Positions 21,851-35,592 of a DNA stretch of 64,000 bases are shown here, piece after piece. This DNA is from a virus (lineage: Duplodnaviria > Caudoviricetes), in IMG/VR virus record IMGVR_UViG_3300021091_000001, positions 128,001 to 192,000 of that record; one strand, written 5' to 3'. Under the pieces are notes generated by a model. It had not been told where the DNA came from. It ran no database searches and saw only the letters and a program-made list of their open reading frames with translations. A program made the translations under genes and the position numbers. The first letter of the stretch is position 1. Each line of letters opens with the position of its first letter.

Positions 21851-23993
21851 TTATACCGTTGTTCCATCCCACTTAAATACTTCGCCATCAATCCATCTAT
21901 CTAAATATGGATCAATTAATACACCATTTGAAACTTGACCTTTAAAAGTTTTTAATAACCAAGAGTCAAATCTAGTTTTAGGAAAACCACTGTTTTGCGT
22001 ATACGTATCTATAGCTGTTTTATATTTTAGATATCCAAAACACCAAACAACAGAGCTTTTTTTATAACCACCCCATGGCCTAAACATGTCAGATGTAAGT
22101 TTTATTTTAGTTTTATTCTTTATATTTTTTGAGGCAGTTACGGGAGCATTGGCTACATATGCTAAAGAAAATGCTTGATTATATGGGATGAATAACCTTG
22201 GATCTGTTGTGCTCCTATTGGCTAATTCAAGAACCTTTTTCTCTAAACTAGAAGGATCAGAGTCATCGTCTATGCTGTAAGCTAGTTTGAAGCCTAAAAC
22301 ATTATCTTCTGTTGGAGAAATCAAATAAAATGTTTTACGTCCGTGAGCTCCCGGTAGTAGATTACATTGGAAGAAGCCAAAAGAAAAATCTCCATCTCCA
22401 TTGTCTTTATTCTCATTTAAGCCTCCTGGTCTAGGTGATTCTCTTTCTGCTATACACGCAAATAAAGCTGCTGTTTCTTCATCCCATATTCCAGAACCAA
22501 CTAAAACATTATATATTTCATCAACAGTAAAGACTGTATTAAGATCATCTTTATAGGATTTTTTAAATTTATCAACACTAGCTGCTGCACCAGCTGCTCC
22601 TGTTGAAACACTAGGTCCACCGACTATCTCTGCTGCAATTTCTGGAGAAATAAAACTTCCTGCTCTTTGTGGACCAAAGCTTATGTGGATATGATTTCTG
22701 TGTGCAGCATCTGCATAAAAATTTACATGAGGAGCAAGTCCTGGATACTTTTTCCTTATGGGAGTACTTAGTCCTTCGGGACCTTCTGTAATCCCCATCT
22801 CTGCTCTTAGATCTTGACTGATTGTGATTAAATCTGGATGAAGATCGTGAGGAACGGTTTGAAGCTGGCTAAGCAAGATATCTAATGCCATTATGTATTC
22901 TTGCTTTGTTGCTACTTTTCCAGTATTCATTCCCAGCTTAATTCCTTGCTCTTTGGACATTCCAACTGCTCCAATATCAAATGCTCGACCAAAAGCATGA
23001 TCAGTCACTCCATTGACAGTTGTTGAAAGTTGCTGATAATTAGCACCAAGAAGTGGTCTATCTCCTTGGTCTCCCTCTATATACATTTTATCTGTTAGTC
23101 TCAATAATAGCTCAATCAAAGCTGCAGAGACTTTACATGTTCTTACTCCAGAACCAAAATGATTATTTAGTTTTACTTTGTTAAATGCTTCAGTCTCATT
23201 TTTATATGTTGTGCTTTGATATACATCAAATTTTATTGATTTTAAATCTTGTACGACCTCTTTGTACTTTGCTGTATCAAAATTAATTGATACATCTCTA
23301 ATTGACCCACCAAAATTCTTTTTATTATTTAATAAATTTATTTTTTCAATATAGATTTTTTTTTCTTGATCACTTAATTGATCTACAAAAGCTATATCTC
23401 TAGAACCGCCATTGAATACCTGAGCATCGGAGTATGGAGTATAACCCTTTAAGCTATGCTGAAGCTTAGTTCCGTTGGTCAGTAGTCACTGTTGCAGTTG
23501 TGCTATTATTTGCTGCTGAACCTTCAGCAGTAATCATATCAGTACCCGTCTTTGATGCGATTAGATCTTGCATAGTTGTAGCAAATCCACCAGGAGCATA
23601 ACCAGTTAACAAAAAAGAATCCTTTAATATGTGCTGCCTAGCGTCTGCTCCGCTTAAAAACTTTTTCTCCGGATCATTTGGATCAGCATTTGGATCAGGA
23701 ATCTTTATACTATCATCTATATCTCCAGCCATTGCTATAATTCCATGCAGGGATGACTGCACATTCTGTATATACCCATTTATAGCAAATCCTGGATTTC
23801 TATATATTCCATCACCTTGAAGAATTTTTACAGGATCTGCAGAAGTTAAACTTCTTCCAGAAGTATCATCAACAGATTGTGTTGTATTTTTATAAACCTC
23901 TACGCCGTTTGGGTAGAATGTTTCTCCTATTCTTTGCGTTATTGACTGAGAGTTGTTTAGATCATCTAAGTCAAGACTAAAATCAGAGGACAC
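21851..23993 (-). CDS. Virion peptidoglycan hydrolase (M15-like peptidase plus lytic-transglycosylase-like domain, ~713 aa), joined by +1 shift at CGGA 23471-23474
   Basis: ORF 23466..24011 (likely GTG start 23993) ends GAC CAA CGG AAC TAA. The +1 frame is open into 21851..23119. Motifs DHAFGRAFD...HRNHIHISF (M15 Zn) and IAERES...SFGFFQCN (lysozyme fold). Confidence 0.7.
23471..23474 (-). other. +1 frameshift site 4 (CAA-CGGA-ACT)
   Basis: CGG is two codons before TAA. Predicted junction TVTTDQ-G-TKLQHSLKGY. Confidence 0.8.
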
Positions 23994-26900
23994 GACCAGA
24001 CCCACTTCCAACAGATTCTCTCGATTCAGTTATATTTGTTTCAACTCTTACAAGCCTTGGAATTTGATCTCTAGCGCCAATAACAGATCGCGGATTATTG
24101 TACTTTATTCCATCCATATAAACCTTTGCTAATCCATTAATAACTAGTTCCCAGTTGAGAGTAATTGGACTTCCATCCTCATAGTACTCATCCCAAGAAA
24201 TTATTGGCCATTCAGATGCTTTTTGATACATCTGATTTGTCAAAAGAATATTCATCAAAATATTGAAGTTCCTTATTTCAACTTCAGATAATTGCGAATC
24301 ACCAGAAGCTAATGGATCCTCCTGACCAGTTGCTGAGAAATGCTCTAGTAAGTCAGACATTGAATCCAGTGCGGCATACAGTTGCTTAAAATAGACAAAA
24401 GATGGAGATTCTGGATATAACATCTTTTTAACATCCTGCTTTATTGTCTCATTAAAATCTTGAACAAACTGATTATTCCTCTGCCTTAAGAATAAACCTC
24501 TTAATTCATTATATAGTTTATCATAAGTATTTGAACTAACTCTGCAAAATACTGTAGACATATATCTATCTTCTGAATATGTTTGACCAGAACTCTTATA
24601 TGCTATAGCATAATTTTCTGGTCTGTTTTGTTCTGAACCTGGCTCGTACGCATCTTCTACTGGTATCACCATAGAGGGATCTTTTGGATTTGTTCTCAAA
24701 ACGATAAGTTTACCCTTCACTGCTTCTTGAACAAATCTTAATGCTTTTCCAGCAGAAGAATTTTCGTTGACTATAGCTGTTTTAAAAGAATCTGTTCCTG
24801 TAGCAGCACCAACGTTCATCTTTGCCAATTCAGATGTGTCTATTCCTTCAAATCTGACTGTATATCTGATTGGATTTGATGTTCCAGAACTCAATATGTC
24901 TTCTACTTCAAATGTATCACCGTCTTTAACGTGAACAACTTTTACAATTGATTTAAAATATTCATTTAAGGCTGTTTTCTCTGGACCTATTCCAGAATAT
25001 TTTAATATTTGAGAATGAACAATGGCATTCTCTAAACTAATATAACGAACAAGATTGCCTATTTCCTTTTCTTTCCAGCCAAAACTCTTGAAGATATCAT
25101 CTGCTCTAATATACATGTTGCCCTCTGATGATCTGACAAAAGATCTTGTACCGAGAATTCCAGGAAGAAGTTTCTTTGAATGATATCTACCAACCACCAT
25201 TCCTTGATTAAAAGAAAGCCCTGCATCCATCGGCTGACCATTCTTATTTAGGTATTGAATATAGCAACCGTGTTGATCAAGTACATTGTCCCTGATCTTT
25301 TTCCATCCACCCCACACACCATCACTAGCAAGAGCCATCACTCCAGCTGTAACTCCAGTTCGAAAAGCCCCACTTGCCAACGCTGAAGTTGCTGCTGCAG
25401 CTGCAGGAGCACCCGCTCCCATTGTTAGAATTCCAACAGCAGCTGTCACGCCAACGGTTATTGCAGGCATGCCTAGTGCAGAAAACACTGCCATCCCCAT
25501 AGATCCATGCTGTTTACCAGTATTTTGTCTTATTAAGGCTTCCATTCTTTGCTTTGTATCTGGAATTGATTCTGCTAATTGATTTGCAACAATATCTTTG
25601 ACAAGTGCAGAATGTCCATGAGTATACTGAACTGCTCCAGTTAACTGTGTTCTCAATCCTTCTGATATCTTGTTGAGAGAAACGTCTCCGTTTGTTGTTA
25701 AGATGTTATTATTTGAAGCTGCAGATAACATGAGTCTTGTATTATTTCTTAAGTCCTGCATACTAAAATGAGATGCGATCCAAGAAGACATGAACCATCT
25801 TGATGGATCATTTACGGATACAAATGCGTTTGGAGTTATAGATGTAACAAATCCCATTTGTGGAGTGAAGTGATGTACAACTTGTTCTACTTCAAAAATT
25901 CCGTACATTCTTTCGTAAACATCAGCTAAATAAACCAAGTCAAATGGTCTTATGTCGGCATTACCGATAATAAGAAGTTCTCCACCATATATATCTTTAA
26001 GTGATTCTCTTAGATAAGAGAGTGCTACTCTTTTTGCGGTAATTTCATCTGGTTCTCCAGCTGCGCTCTTTGCTATTCCTCTAATTGTTTCCAGAGGATG
26101 CATAAGGGGATGTAAAAATCCGGTTATTCCAGAACCCTTTAGATTATCAAAATAAATACCAGTCTCTACTGTTTTCTCAACTTGTCTTTCTGGCGGAGCA
26201 GCTTTGTCTAAAGCCACAGTAACTGGATATTTCCCATCTGATACAGCAGTAATTTGAGTTGCAACTCCTCCAATATTTTCTTTAATATTATTAGAAATAA
26301 TGTGAGAGAAAGAACTGATATAATGCATTCTTTGAAACGGCTCTCTTACTTCTACAACTGGTTCGCCATACTCTCTTGTAAATGGATTGTCTACTGCTCT
26401 AAGAAGAGAGCCAGGTCTACCAAGAGAATAATAAATTGAATCATTATATGCTTTATTGAGTATGTTAGCCTGTTGAGTAAAATTCTCCAACTGAGAAAGA
26501 CCATATCCAAGTTGTTGCATGGATATCTGGAACATGTTTAATAGGCCGCCTAGCGAAGACTTAAAAGCTGAAAATATTGGGCCTATATTTCTATCCCAGA
26601 AAGAACCAAGGTCTGATTTTAATCCAGTAAGATAATTTGTTGCACTATTTCCTTCTTTTGCATTCTTCTGCAAAAGTTTTTTAAATGCGTTATCATCACT
26701 GGCATAGTTCACATTGTAGTCAATAAAAGCCTGCCATATTTTATCTACTGGTCTAAAACTCCATGCTTCCTCATGATCTATTGAAAGTTCTGCAGCGGCT
26801 CCAGCTGCAATTGAAAGACCAGCAGTAAATGGTGCAGCAAGAAGGCCAAGACCAAAAGCTCCACCTTCCTTTTTTCTGTCTGGTCTTAGCACTAACCATG

Positions 26901-29900
26901 CTCTTGAGTATGGATCAGACCACATTTTTTGTCTAAAAATTCCAACCATAAAAAGGAATAATTGTTTTGGACTCTTTATTTGAGATAAATAATCATCAAT
27001 GTCTTCTTCAGTTATATCACTGATAGCTTCTGGATTTCGAAATCTCATTGCATCCCATTTTTTATTAACAGAATTAGTTTCAGCAGATGAGTATTTCGAT
27101 TGAATCTCTTGTGTAGTTACGTCAGTCGAGGTTGCATTTGACACTGCAGATTTATATTCTTTTTGTTGTTCTTTCTTATTGTAGTTATATAGATAGGTAT
27201 ATTGTCTGACCATATTTCTTATATTAGAAACTTTTTTGTATATTAAAAAATTGAAGGTGTCTGTAAGGCCCTTCTCTTCATTCAAGATTGGTTTTTCTGA
27301 CTCGTTGTATCCATCGAATCCAGCATTAATGTATTCTTTAACAGCTATATCAACTACTTCTTTTCTCTGCTGTGGATCTCTACTGCCTTCAAACCAGTCT
27401 GGTCCAAGTATTGCTGAAAAATCTCTTGTTGAGTTAGAGATTAAATAGTCATCAATTGTTTTTTTTGACTTTGAAGTAATAATACTAAAAAGTGGATCAG
27501 ATGATTCTGAATCATCATCTGGATCTAGATTATACATTTGCTGCCATATATTTTTTACAGAATCATAATTGTGATAGCCAGTTCTAAACTGGTCCCATAT
27601 TCCTTGGGCTTGACCAATTGTTCTGCCATTGCCAGCAATTACTTTTATTTCTGAATCAAACTTTTCATCAAAAAATGCTCTAGCCTGTATTGATACAGGA
27701 TTATCTGCTGTATATACAGCGGCAAATTGCTCCCTATAATTACCAGCATTCTTAGCATCTGCGTCTTTTTCTAGAATATCTTTTAGATTATCTTGCTCTA
27801 GATTTGAAAGATTATCATCAAAAATTTCAGAGAAGTAAGCTTTATAATTTCCACCATTATTCTGATCTCTCTTAAGAGCATCAGATGATCTGAGAAATAG
27901 TGACTCATCTGGAGTATAGATGAAAGACGGTCTTAGTCCTCCTCTTATCCCAGATCTAGTTTCACCTACAAATTCTCCCGCAACTGCAACAAGATCTCCC
28001 TCTTCCAGAGTTTGAAGATCTGTTTTCCCTTCTTTTCTATATACGCCAAATCCTATTAAGTTTGGCTGATAGCTCCCAAATGGACCAGTAGGAGTTCTTC
28101 TGCTTGCGCTAAATTCTTGAACAGGATTGACTGCAGTGGTCACTACTCCTAATGGAACTGAGTCAGAAACAAAAGTGAAATAACACTCAGGTTGACCAAG
28201 AGTAGATGGATCTCCCATTTTTTCTTTAAAGTCAGCTGTAGTCTTCATTGGAATAGTATCTAGAATGTCTTCATTGTCTGAAACTTCACCAAATGGATCT
28301 GAGCCACTAAGAGGAAAATTAATTTTTCCTTCATCGTTTATAATAATTTCTTCTAAGAAATACGCAGCGTCTGGAGATACTATTGCATCTACATCTATAT
28401 TCTCTCCCCACATAAAATATGCAGGAGCGCAAACAACTGCTCTTTTAGTGTTTGGATTATATACTAAGACTTTTCTTCTCTTATAGTCTGATACGTTACC
28501 ATACAAATCGCTATCGCTAAAGCCATATCTTTTCTTAAACATTTCTCTCATTTTACTATTGTCTTCGCCTGCTTTATAGGGCCATCTCATAGCAATATAG
28601 AATTGTTCGTGTTCTGCGTCTATTGGCATGCCCCACTCTTGAAAATCAAGACGTTGTTTCTCATCTGAAATATATGCGTCTTCATAAGCTGGGTCTAAAT
28701 CTTGATAGACTTCAGAATAGCCTTTCGTAAAAGATATTTTTGCTTCTGATTCACCCTGGGAATTTTTATTATACGATATACTAGTTCCCTCTGAACCTTG
28801 TATAAATACTGGTAGCGGCATTGTTACTAGCAAGCTTGCCTCTACTCCAGATCTGGTAGTACTAGGTCTTAGTCCTGATGGATCGAATGCAGCGCTTTGT
28901 GCAGTAAAATAATCTCCACCTATTAATTTTAACTTTGATGCAAATGAAAAATTAAAGTCTAGAGACTTTTCATCACCTTTAGTTGTAACAAGAGATGTGT
29001 CTTTTCCATCACCTTTTTGATCAATCATCTGTTTTTCAATCAATGCAACGTCTACAATATTCGACATTGATCTTTGAATGTCATCTATATCTTCTATTCT
29101 TAGAATTTTATCTAAGTCAAGAGAAGGAAGAGTTCCACTTATTCTATCGGTAAAAAACGGATAACTATATCTGATAGGAAGCTGTGGAACCTGTTTGTGA
29201 TCATCTTGAATTTCTCTTACAATACCACCAGAACCAAAAGGTAAGTGAAAACCAACTTGTACTTTACCTTTATTTTTAGGAAGCACTGAAACAACTTCTA
29301 CATTTCCAGTATCTTTAAATAAATTTATTCTTGAGTAATACTTTAATCTTTCTGGATCTTCAAGATCTATTACCGTACCACCAAGTCCTCCAGAAGAAGA
29401 TTCAGCACTGGGTTTAAAAATTCCTCCGTACTCTGACATGTCCTTTGCAAAAGAAGCTAATGTATCAGACATTGGAGACTCTTTAAGCTGCAGAGCGGCT
29501 GCAGCATCTCCTAGTGGAGATGTTTCTTTATTAATAGAATTAAGTATTGACTTGAGATCATCATCAGCTTTAATGTAACCTGGAATATTAACTCCATCTT
29601 TTTGCGCTTGCTCTTCTGATGGGAAGCCAGTTGAAATCGGAACTACACCAGATGTATACAGCCAATGTGGTTTTCCATAAAATATTGTTGATCTATCTTC
29701 AAATGGTCTAACTGCAACTATATAGTTTGGAAGAAGTCTTGCACATAGCTGAAACATATCCCATACTGATCTCATGTAGGTTTGTGCTCTAAATGAAACT
29801 TCATCATAAATATCATCATCTGTATTATTTAATAGTCCCATAGTCGAAAACAGATTCTTGAATCCTCTGCCCGATAGAGTTTTTAAAAGCTTAGTTCCTA

Positions 29901-32900
29901 AAATAGCTCCACCTGTAGCCATTCCTATTGGTCCGTGCATATCTGGCAAGTGATACGGCAAGTGTACTAGTGGCCAAACCATTACTAGTTCCTGCAGCCT
30001 TTTTATCTTCTGGAACAGAATATAAGCCTTTTTGTCTGGCTTCTAGAGCTGCTGATGCATCAGGATTATTTGGAGCTGATTGAATTAAATTGCTCCATGT
30101 AGATCCAGACAGTCTATCTAGATATCCAAATTTTTCATCTAGCACCTTACTTTCATCGATTGATGCCAGTGTTGCCCATCCATCATCAAGGTCCCCACCA
30201 AGGAATTGTGCTACACCTATTCCATTACCTGGATATATATTTCTTTTAAATATTTCAAGATCTCTTTGAGTGCTAAAATTTGCCCAGAGAGTTTGCATAG
30301 CAGCAACTACCGGAGTTCTAACTGACCCACCTGCTGACTGCATTCCACGAAAATCAGTAATTGATCTGTCTGGAACAAGAGAATTAACACCAGGAACATT
30401 ATTTAATAATCCAGTTGCTCCACCTGTGACTATGTTTGCTGCGCTATTCCATGCTAAACCAACAGTGCCTGTTATGGGATTGTTTCCTACTGCATTGAAT
30501 GCATTAGTTACACTTTGTTTTAACATCTGTGATCTTTGCGCTTCCGCTTCTGTTAGTGGAGCATAAAGTATTGAACCAAAGTGTCTAATTCCAAATTTGT
30601 TTTCAGAAAAAACAGCTCCTCTGGTAGCATGTGCAAATGCTTCCCTGGTCCTAGAAGAGCCCATTGAAAGAAGTCTAATCATAAGGTCTCTAGGTTCTGA
30701 CATCCAAAGACCAGTATTAATACCTCCGTCTATTTTGCCTGAATCACCTTTTTTGTTTGTTGAGTTGATAATCGGACTAAGCTCTATTGCGTCTGACTGA
30801 GCAACAATTGTAATAATCTCACCATGATCGACTTCAGTCACAATGCCATTAAATACAGTTTGAAGAGAATTTGGATTTGATCCATACCCAGCCCTTAGAT
30901 GAACTCTAACTCCAGGCTTCATTCTCATATTTTGTATTTCAACCACATAAGAAGAATTCATGTGAGATCTTAAGTTAAGGGATCTAGTTATTAATTTATC
31001 TACAATTCTTAAAGTGCCCTCTCTTATGCCTTCTTGAATTCGCGATTTATCTACATTATATATTTCGCCATTATTAATCAATGAAGTAAGAGTTTTTTCT
31101 GGCTTGCTCAATTTTGAGTAAGTATTGGAAATCCTCAGCACTAGTGTGTCGCCAAGTAGATCTTCTGATTGAACAATAGAAAAATCTATAACAGACTGTA
31201 AACCATAGAAATTATCAAATAGTTTTACTCCAGCAAAAAAATTAGAATCATCTATGAGCCACAACATATATGTTGGAAATGCTCTTAGCATTCTTCCAGA
31301 TATATCTCTATACTGAGAGTCCATCATCATTTTTTGCCAATGATTTCCAACGCTTTGATTTTTTCCAGAAGCATTCACGGATTGCATTTTGCTTTCTGAA
31401 GTTCCGTATGCGTTCATGTAGCTATCTAGCGACTTTGCTCCAGGAATTCCAGTATGAACGTCCTGCTTTTCTCTATCAGGACAAGAGGTATCAGATATCT
31501 TCATCGTCTGATTACCAGTTATTTTTCCGTTAATGTTTCTTCTAATATTATCTTCTGCTATGTAGAATCTTCCATCATGAGTATCGGAATGACCAAATAT
31601 ATATCCACCATCTGGAGTCTGATAAATTGCCGGTATCTTACCAAGTTCATTTGAATCAGCCGCTGGTATGTAATGCATGATTCCAAAATGCTGCGAATCA
31701 TCTGGATCAAAAGATGGCCTTGGATTCTTGTCGTTTTCCTTGATGCTGTCCTGTACAAGTTTATTAAATGCTTGTACTTGTTTTTCTACTCCACCAAGAA
31801 TCTCAGATACATTAAGATTTCCGTACTTTGTCTTAAACTCTAAATCTTCAAAATTATATAGAATATCAGAATCATCTCTAAAGTTTTCAATCATATCCTT
31901 CCATATTGTTGGATATTTATTAACTATATTTTGATCCCTAGAAAGACCCTGCTGTTCAATTATAGTATCATTTTGAGAGTCGTAAATTGCAACTCTAAAT
32001 AGTTTCATGGCCTCGTATGGATTTACTCCCATCTCTTTTAAGAGATAGTTTTTTACCTGTTCCATATCTCCGTTGCTAGAAATGAGAATTTCTTTTATCG
32101 AATTGACAATAGCTACAAAGTTTTCTTTTGATTGAATAGTTTCAGCTAACTTAGAAGTACTTTCCTGATCTATCTCAGGAATACTAAATTGATCTGGTTC
32201 AAGCACATTATTAATTACATCATTATCAAACATTTCAAATGATCTAAAGTAAAAGTCTGGATCTAAAGATCCTACATGATCATTAGTGTCTGGATCTTTA
32301 ATAGACAACGGCATATCTGGATATGTATTTATCATTGACCATCTTTGCTTCAGCCTGAGAAAAGGATTCCTCTTTGTTCCAAATTCCTTAATGAGAGCAA
32401 TCTGTGATTCAGAACTAATATTCTCTCTCTTTTGCTGGAATATATCAAAATCAACAAAGCCAAGTCTTACATTGTAGACGTGTGGATAACCAGGAATTGT
32501 ATCGACATTATAAGATACTGGAAGAACATATTTGATTCCACAAAGAGCAGTAAGAATGTTTTTAATTCCCATGAAACCTATGACTCCAGCTGCCTGCTCT
32601 AGTCTTGCAAGTCCGCTTAAAAAGTCAAACATTCTTGTTAATTTAGCTAATTCTTTTTCACCAAAAACAGTCAATGACATATTAATAAAAGAATCATTAC
32701 AACCTATATACTGAAATGTAGGTTCATCTTGCATCTGTAGTTGCATCTTTGCCATATTATTAGACAATGTAACTGCAACATTAGTTACAATAACTGATTT
32801 TTCATCTAGAGAAACTTTCATCATGGGAACTGCCCACTCTTTTATTGTAAAACTTCCTCCAGTTTTAGCTGCATGAGCATCGAATATTTCTTTTATTCCC

Positions 32901-35093
32901 TCATCGCTGTAAAAGTTTTCATACAAAGAAACATGAAATGCATCAACGTATCGTCTTTCAACTTTTGCCTTAGTCTGTTTCCAAACTGCTGAATTTTGAT
33001 CAGTGACTGGAGGAACTAGTTTTAAGCATTCTTCTTTAGTTGCTTCCTGTATTTGGTATTCAAGATATCCTTTGGGCATCTTAGCAAAAGTATATATTTC
33101 ATATTTATCTTGCTTTAACTTATTGGTTAGTTCAGGACTCAATTGACCAGGAACCTGAACAGACGGATCATCTGGAGACTTTTTGGTCTTGATATAATCA
33201 ATAACTTTTGGATTGGTTATATTATTATTTGATATATAATCTATTGCTAATGCATCATATACTTTGTCGTATATAGTTGAGCTATTTGATCCAGCTAGTG
33301 CTACTTGAACAATTTTTTCTGCGACTTTTTTATCTGACATAGTAAATTGACTAGACCTACTCAAATCTACAACTGTATCCAAACTTCTATATAGTGCAGC
33401 TTCTGCTATATCAATTCCGATTTTTTTAAGAATTCCTTCCCAGAAAGCTCTACCAAGATCTGTTAAGTTTCTTTCTTCATCTGTTCTAAATGCAGATACG
33501 TCTGGTGATGTAAACTTAGATTGTATTTGTTTTGGAATATAAAATTGAACATTGTTTCCATCAGTCCATTGCTTGTATATATTTGTTACAAGCTGGCCAG
33601 ACAAAGAACCAACGTTATCATCTTTTACTATTGTTGCTCCTGGACCATTAATTGATATGACAGAAGAAAGTTTCTCTTCTTTTGAAGCGTCGTAGCTATC
33701 TGATGAAATTTCATCATCCGTTAAAAGGAACTCTTCATTTGCTGAATCAGCTATAGCATTAGCGGCTCTTCCCATGTAGAATCTATATCTTGACCAATCC
33801 ACTGCCTGATTAAAGTCACTCAACATAGGGAGAAATGGCTTATGGTTAAACACCTTTAATTCTAGATCAACAGAGACAGCAAATGGAAAGTTAGGAATTG
33901 TAGAAACTGACATTGAAGAAAGAGCAACACCAGTAATATTAAATACAGAATTAAGATAGTGATTTCTAATTGGCAGAATTGGAGCATACTTGAATGAAGC
34001 TATTAATCCCCTGAGTGAAGAAAGAAATTTATCTATTTTTTCTTGTTGATTTGGATCAAGAAAATCTGTCTTAATATCGACGTTAAACTTCGATCCCAAA
34101 TTCATTTGTGCAGCATCTTTTGCGGTAATGCCCCAGATCTCTTCATAGTTTGGAAAGAATAGTTTTAAAACTATGGTTGTTTCTTTATACCCAGCATTGA
34201 ACTTTGGTGATGATTTTTGTCTAATTGCTCCACCTGTAAGACTTCCAGTTTTGAATCCTGTATTAACAGATATTGAGAGTGGTGGAACATAAAAATTAGA
34301 TGCACCTAATCTAAGATGAAATGCGTCAGGAGTCTTAGGTGCAACACCAGAAGGCCAACCTATCTTTTTGATAGCGTCTTCTATCTTCATAGCAGTAATA
34401 AAGTTATCTACTGCCCAGACTGGCTTGAATACTGCCTTGCCATCTTGGTCTACTCCAAAAGATTTAAACATCTGCTCAATAATCTGTCTTTGATTATTAA
34501 GTGCGTCCTCTTCTGAATATCCATAATCCGCAGTAGCAGCAATTGCAGTTACAAATAAATTAAAAATTCTTGGAAAAAACTTATAAATTGTTGCTAATGC
34601 TAAAGGGTCTCTAACAAAATAATTTTTTACTTCTATTAATTTGTCCATCCAGAATACATCACGTTCTGGCTTTGTGTAGTCGGCTGCAGATGATCTTAAT
34701 GAAGTTTCTGAAGAAAATCTTTGTCTAGAAAACTCTTGTATTCCGACCAATCATTTCTGACAACTCAATTAAACCTGAATTTTTTATTTTTTCAATTAAC
34801 TTTTCTGCTTGATCTTCAGTGAGATTTATTCCATAGGAATTCCATTGAAGTAGATCATTACTCCCTTGGTCTCTTACATCATCGCCACTTTTATCTCTTC
34901 CCCATGTCCAATTGAGATTATTTGGTCCTCCACTTGTAACATCTGAAACATAGTTGACTGCAGCATTTAGCCCACTAGATATTCCGCTTGCTATTTTACT
35001 CCAAGATCCCCTTTTTTTAGATATCTCTATCAACTTACTAAATGGTTGAAGGTCTGATTCAGAATATGTTTCTGTTGTTCTGGGATCAGTCAT
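23983..35093 (-). CDS. Giant baseplate hub protein (gp27/gpD-like, ~3702 aa) with RlpA-like barrel and C-terminal staphylococcal-nuclease domain, joined by two +1 shifts
   Basis: Three ORFs (34725..35093, 29891..34750, 23983..29982) fuse at CGGA 34742-34745 and 29932-29935. 11111-2 nt is divisible by 3. Hub motifs 'KPGVRVHLRAGYG...VFNGIVTEV' and 'IIGNADIRPFDLVYL...GIFEVEQVVHHF...GFVTSI'. SNase motifs 'VVHVKDGDTF...VRFEGIDTSE...EDRY'. Confidence 0.75.
29932..29935 (-). other. +1 frameshift site 5 (GCA-CGGA-CCA)
   Basis: Frame 0 reads CGG ACC AAT AGG...TAA. The +1 frame gives GPIGMATGGAILG. Predicted junction VSLARYA-G-PIGMATGG. Confidence 0.75.
34742..34745 (-). other. +1 frameshift site 6 (GGT-CGGA-ATA), codon 117
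   Basis: A +1-frame TGA just upstream and the frame-0 TAG confine the shift. Predicted junction LSEMIG-G-IQEFSRQRF. Confidence 0.8.
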
Positions 35094-35114
35094 TAAATCA
35101 TCTCCATAAAATTA

Positions 35115-35583
35115 TTAAAAAAACTTATTTGTTTGTAACATATCATTAAGTTTGAAAGCTGATGTATTAGATGCAGCTATAGAACTATAATTATTTATTA
35201 TACCATTTTGTTTAAAAGATGACAAACTTGATAAACCATTTTGAGCCTGAGAAATTTGAGCTATCTGCTTTTTTGAGTATCTTGCCTTCTGAGCATCTTT
35301 AGATGCGTAGCCAGTTCCTTCCATCTGAATCATGGTTGATGAACCATTTTGAAGCCCCTCAAAAGAACCTCTTACTGGGTCAGAAACTCTCTGCTTGGTA
35401 CTATTTCTAGGGGCATGGTCTACATTTGTTTGATTTGCTACATTTTGAGAATCTGATTTTTTATTATTAGACGCTATTTGAGCTGCATATTTATTGTCAG
35501 TAACAGCTCTTCTGCTATTATCCGGTCTTTTACCAGCAGCATCGGACAAGCTTTTATTTTGTTGATCAAATCCGATAAATCAT
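35115..35583 (-). CDS. Hypothetical virion-module protein (~155 aa), joined by +1 shift at codon 4
   Basis: ATG ATT TAT CGG ATT TGA, 9 nt after the upstream stop. The +1 frame GGA TTT GAT CAA CAA AAT AAA AGC TTG TCC... continues into ORF 35115..35549, whose TTG start lacks an RBS. Confidence 0.65.
35571..35574 (-). other. +1 frameshift site 7 (TAT-CGGA-TTT), codon 4
   Basis: The window for the shift is only about 4 codons. Predicted N-terminus MIY-G-FDQQNKSL. Confidence 0.7.
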
Positions 35584-35592
35584 AATTTAAAC

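Noticed and set aside
20787-21891. Apparent overlaps among ORFs 21851-, 21475- and 20787-, suggesting more frameshifts
   Set aside because: Each downstream gene has its own ATG with a good RBS (GGAGG at 21840, GAGG at 21467). The overlaps come from over-extended ORF starts.
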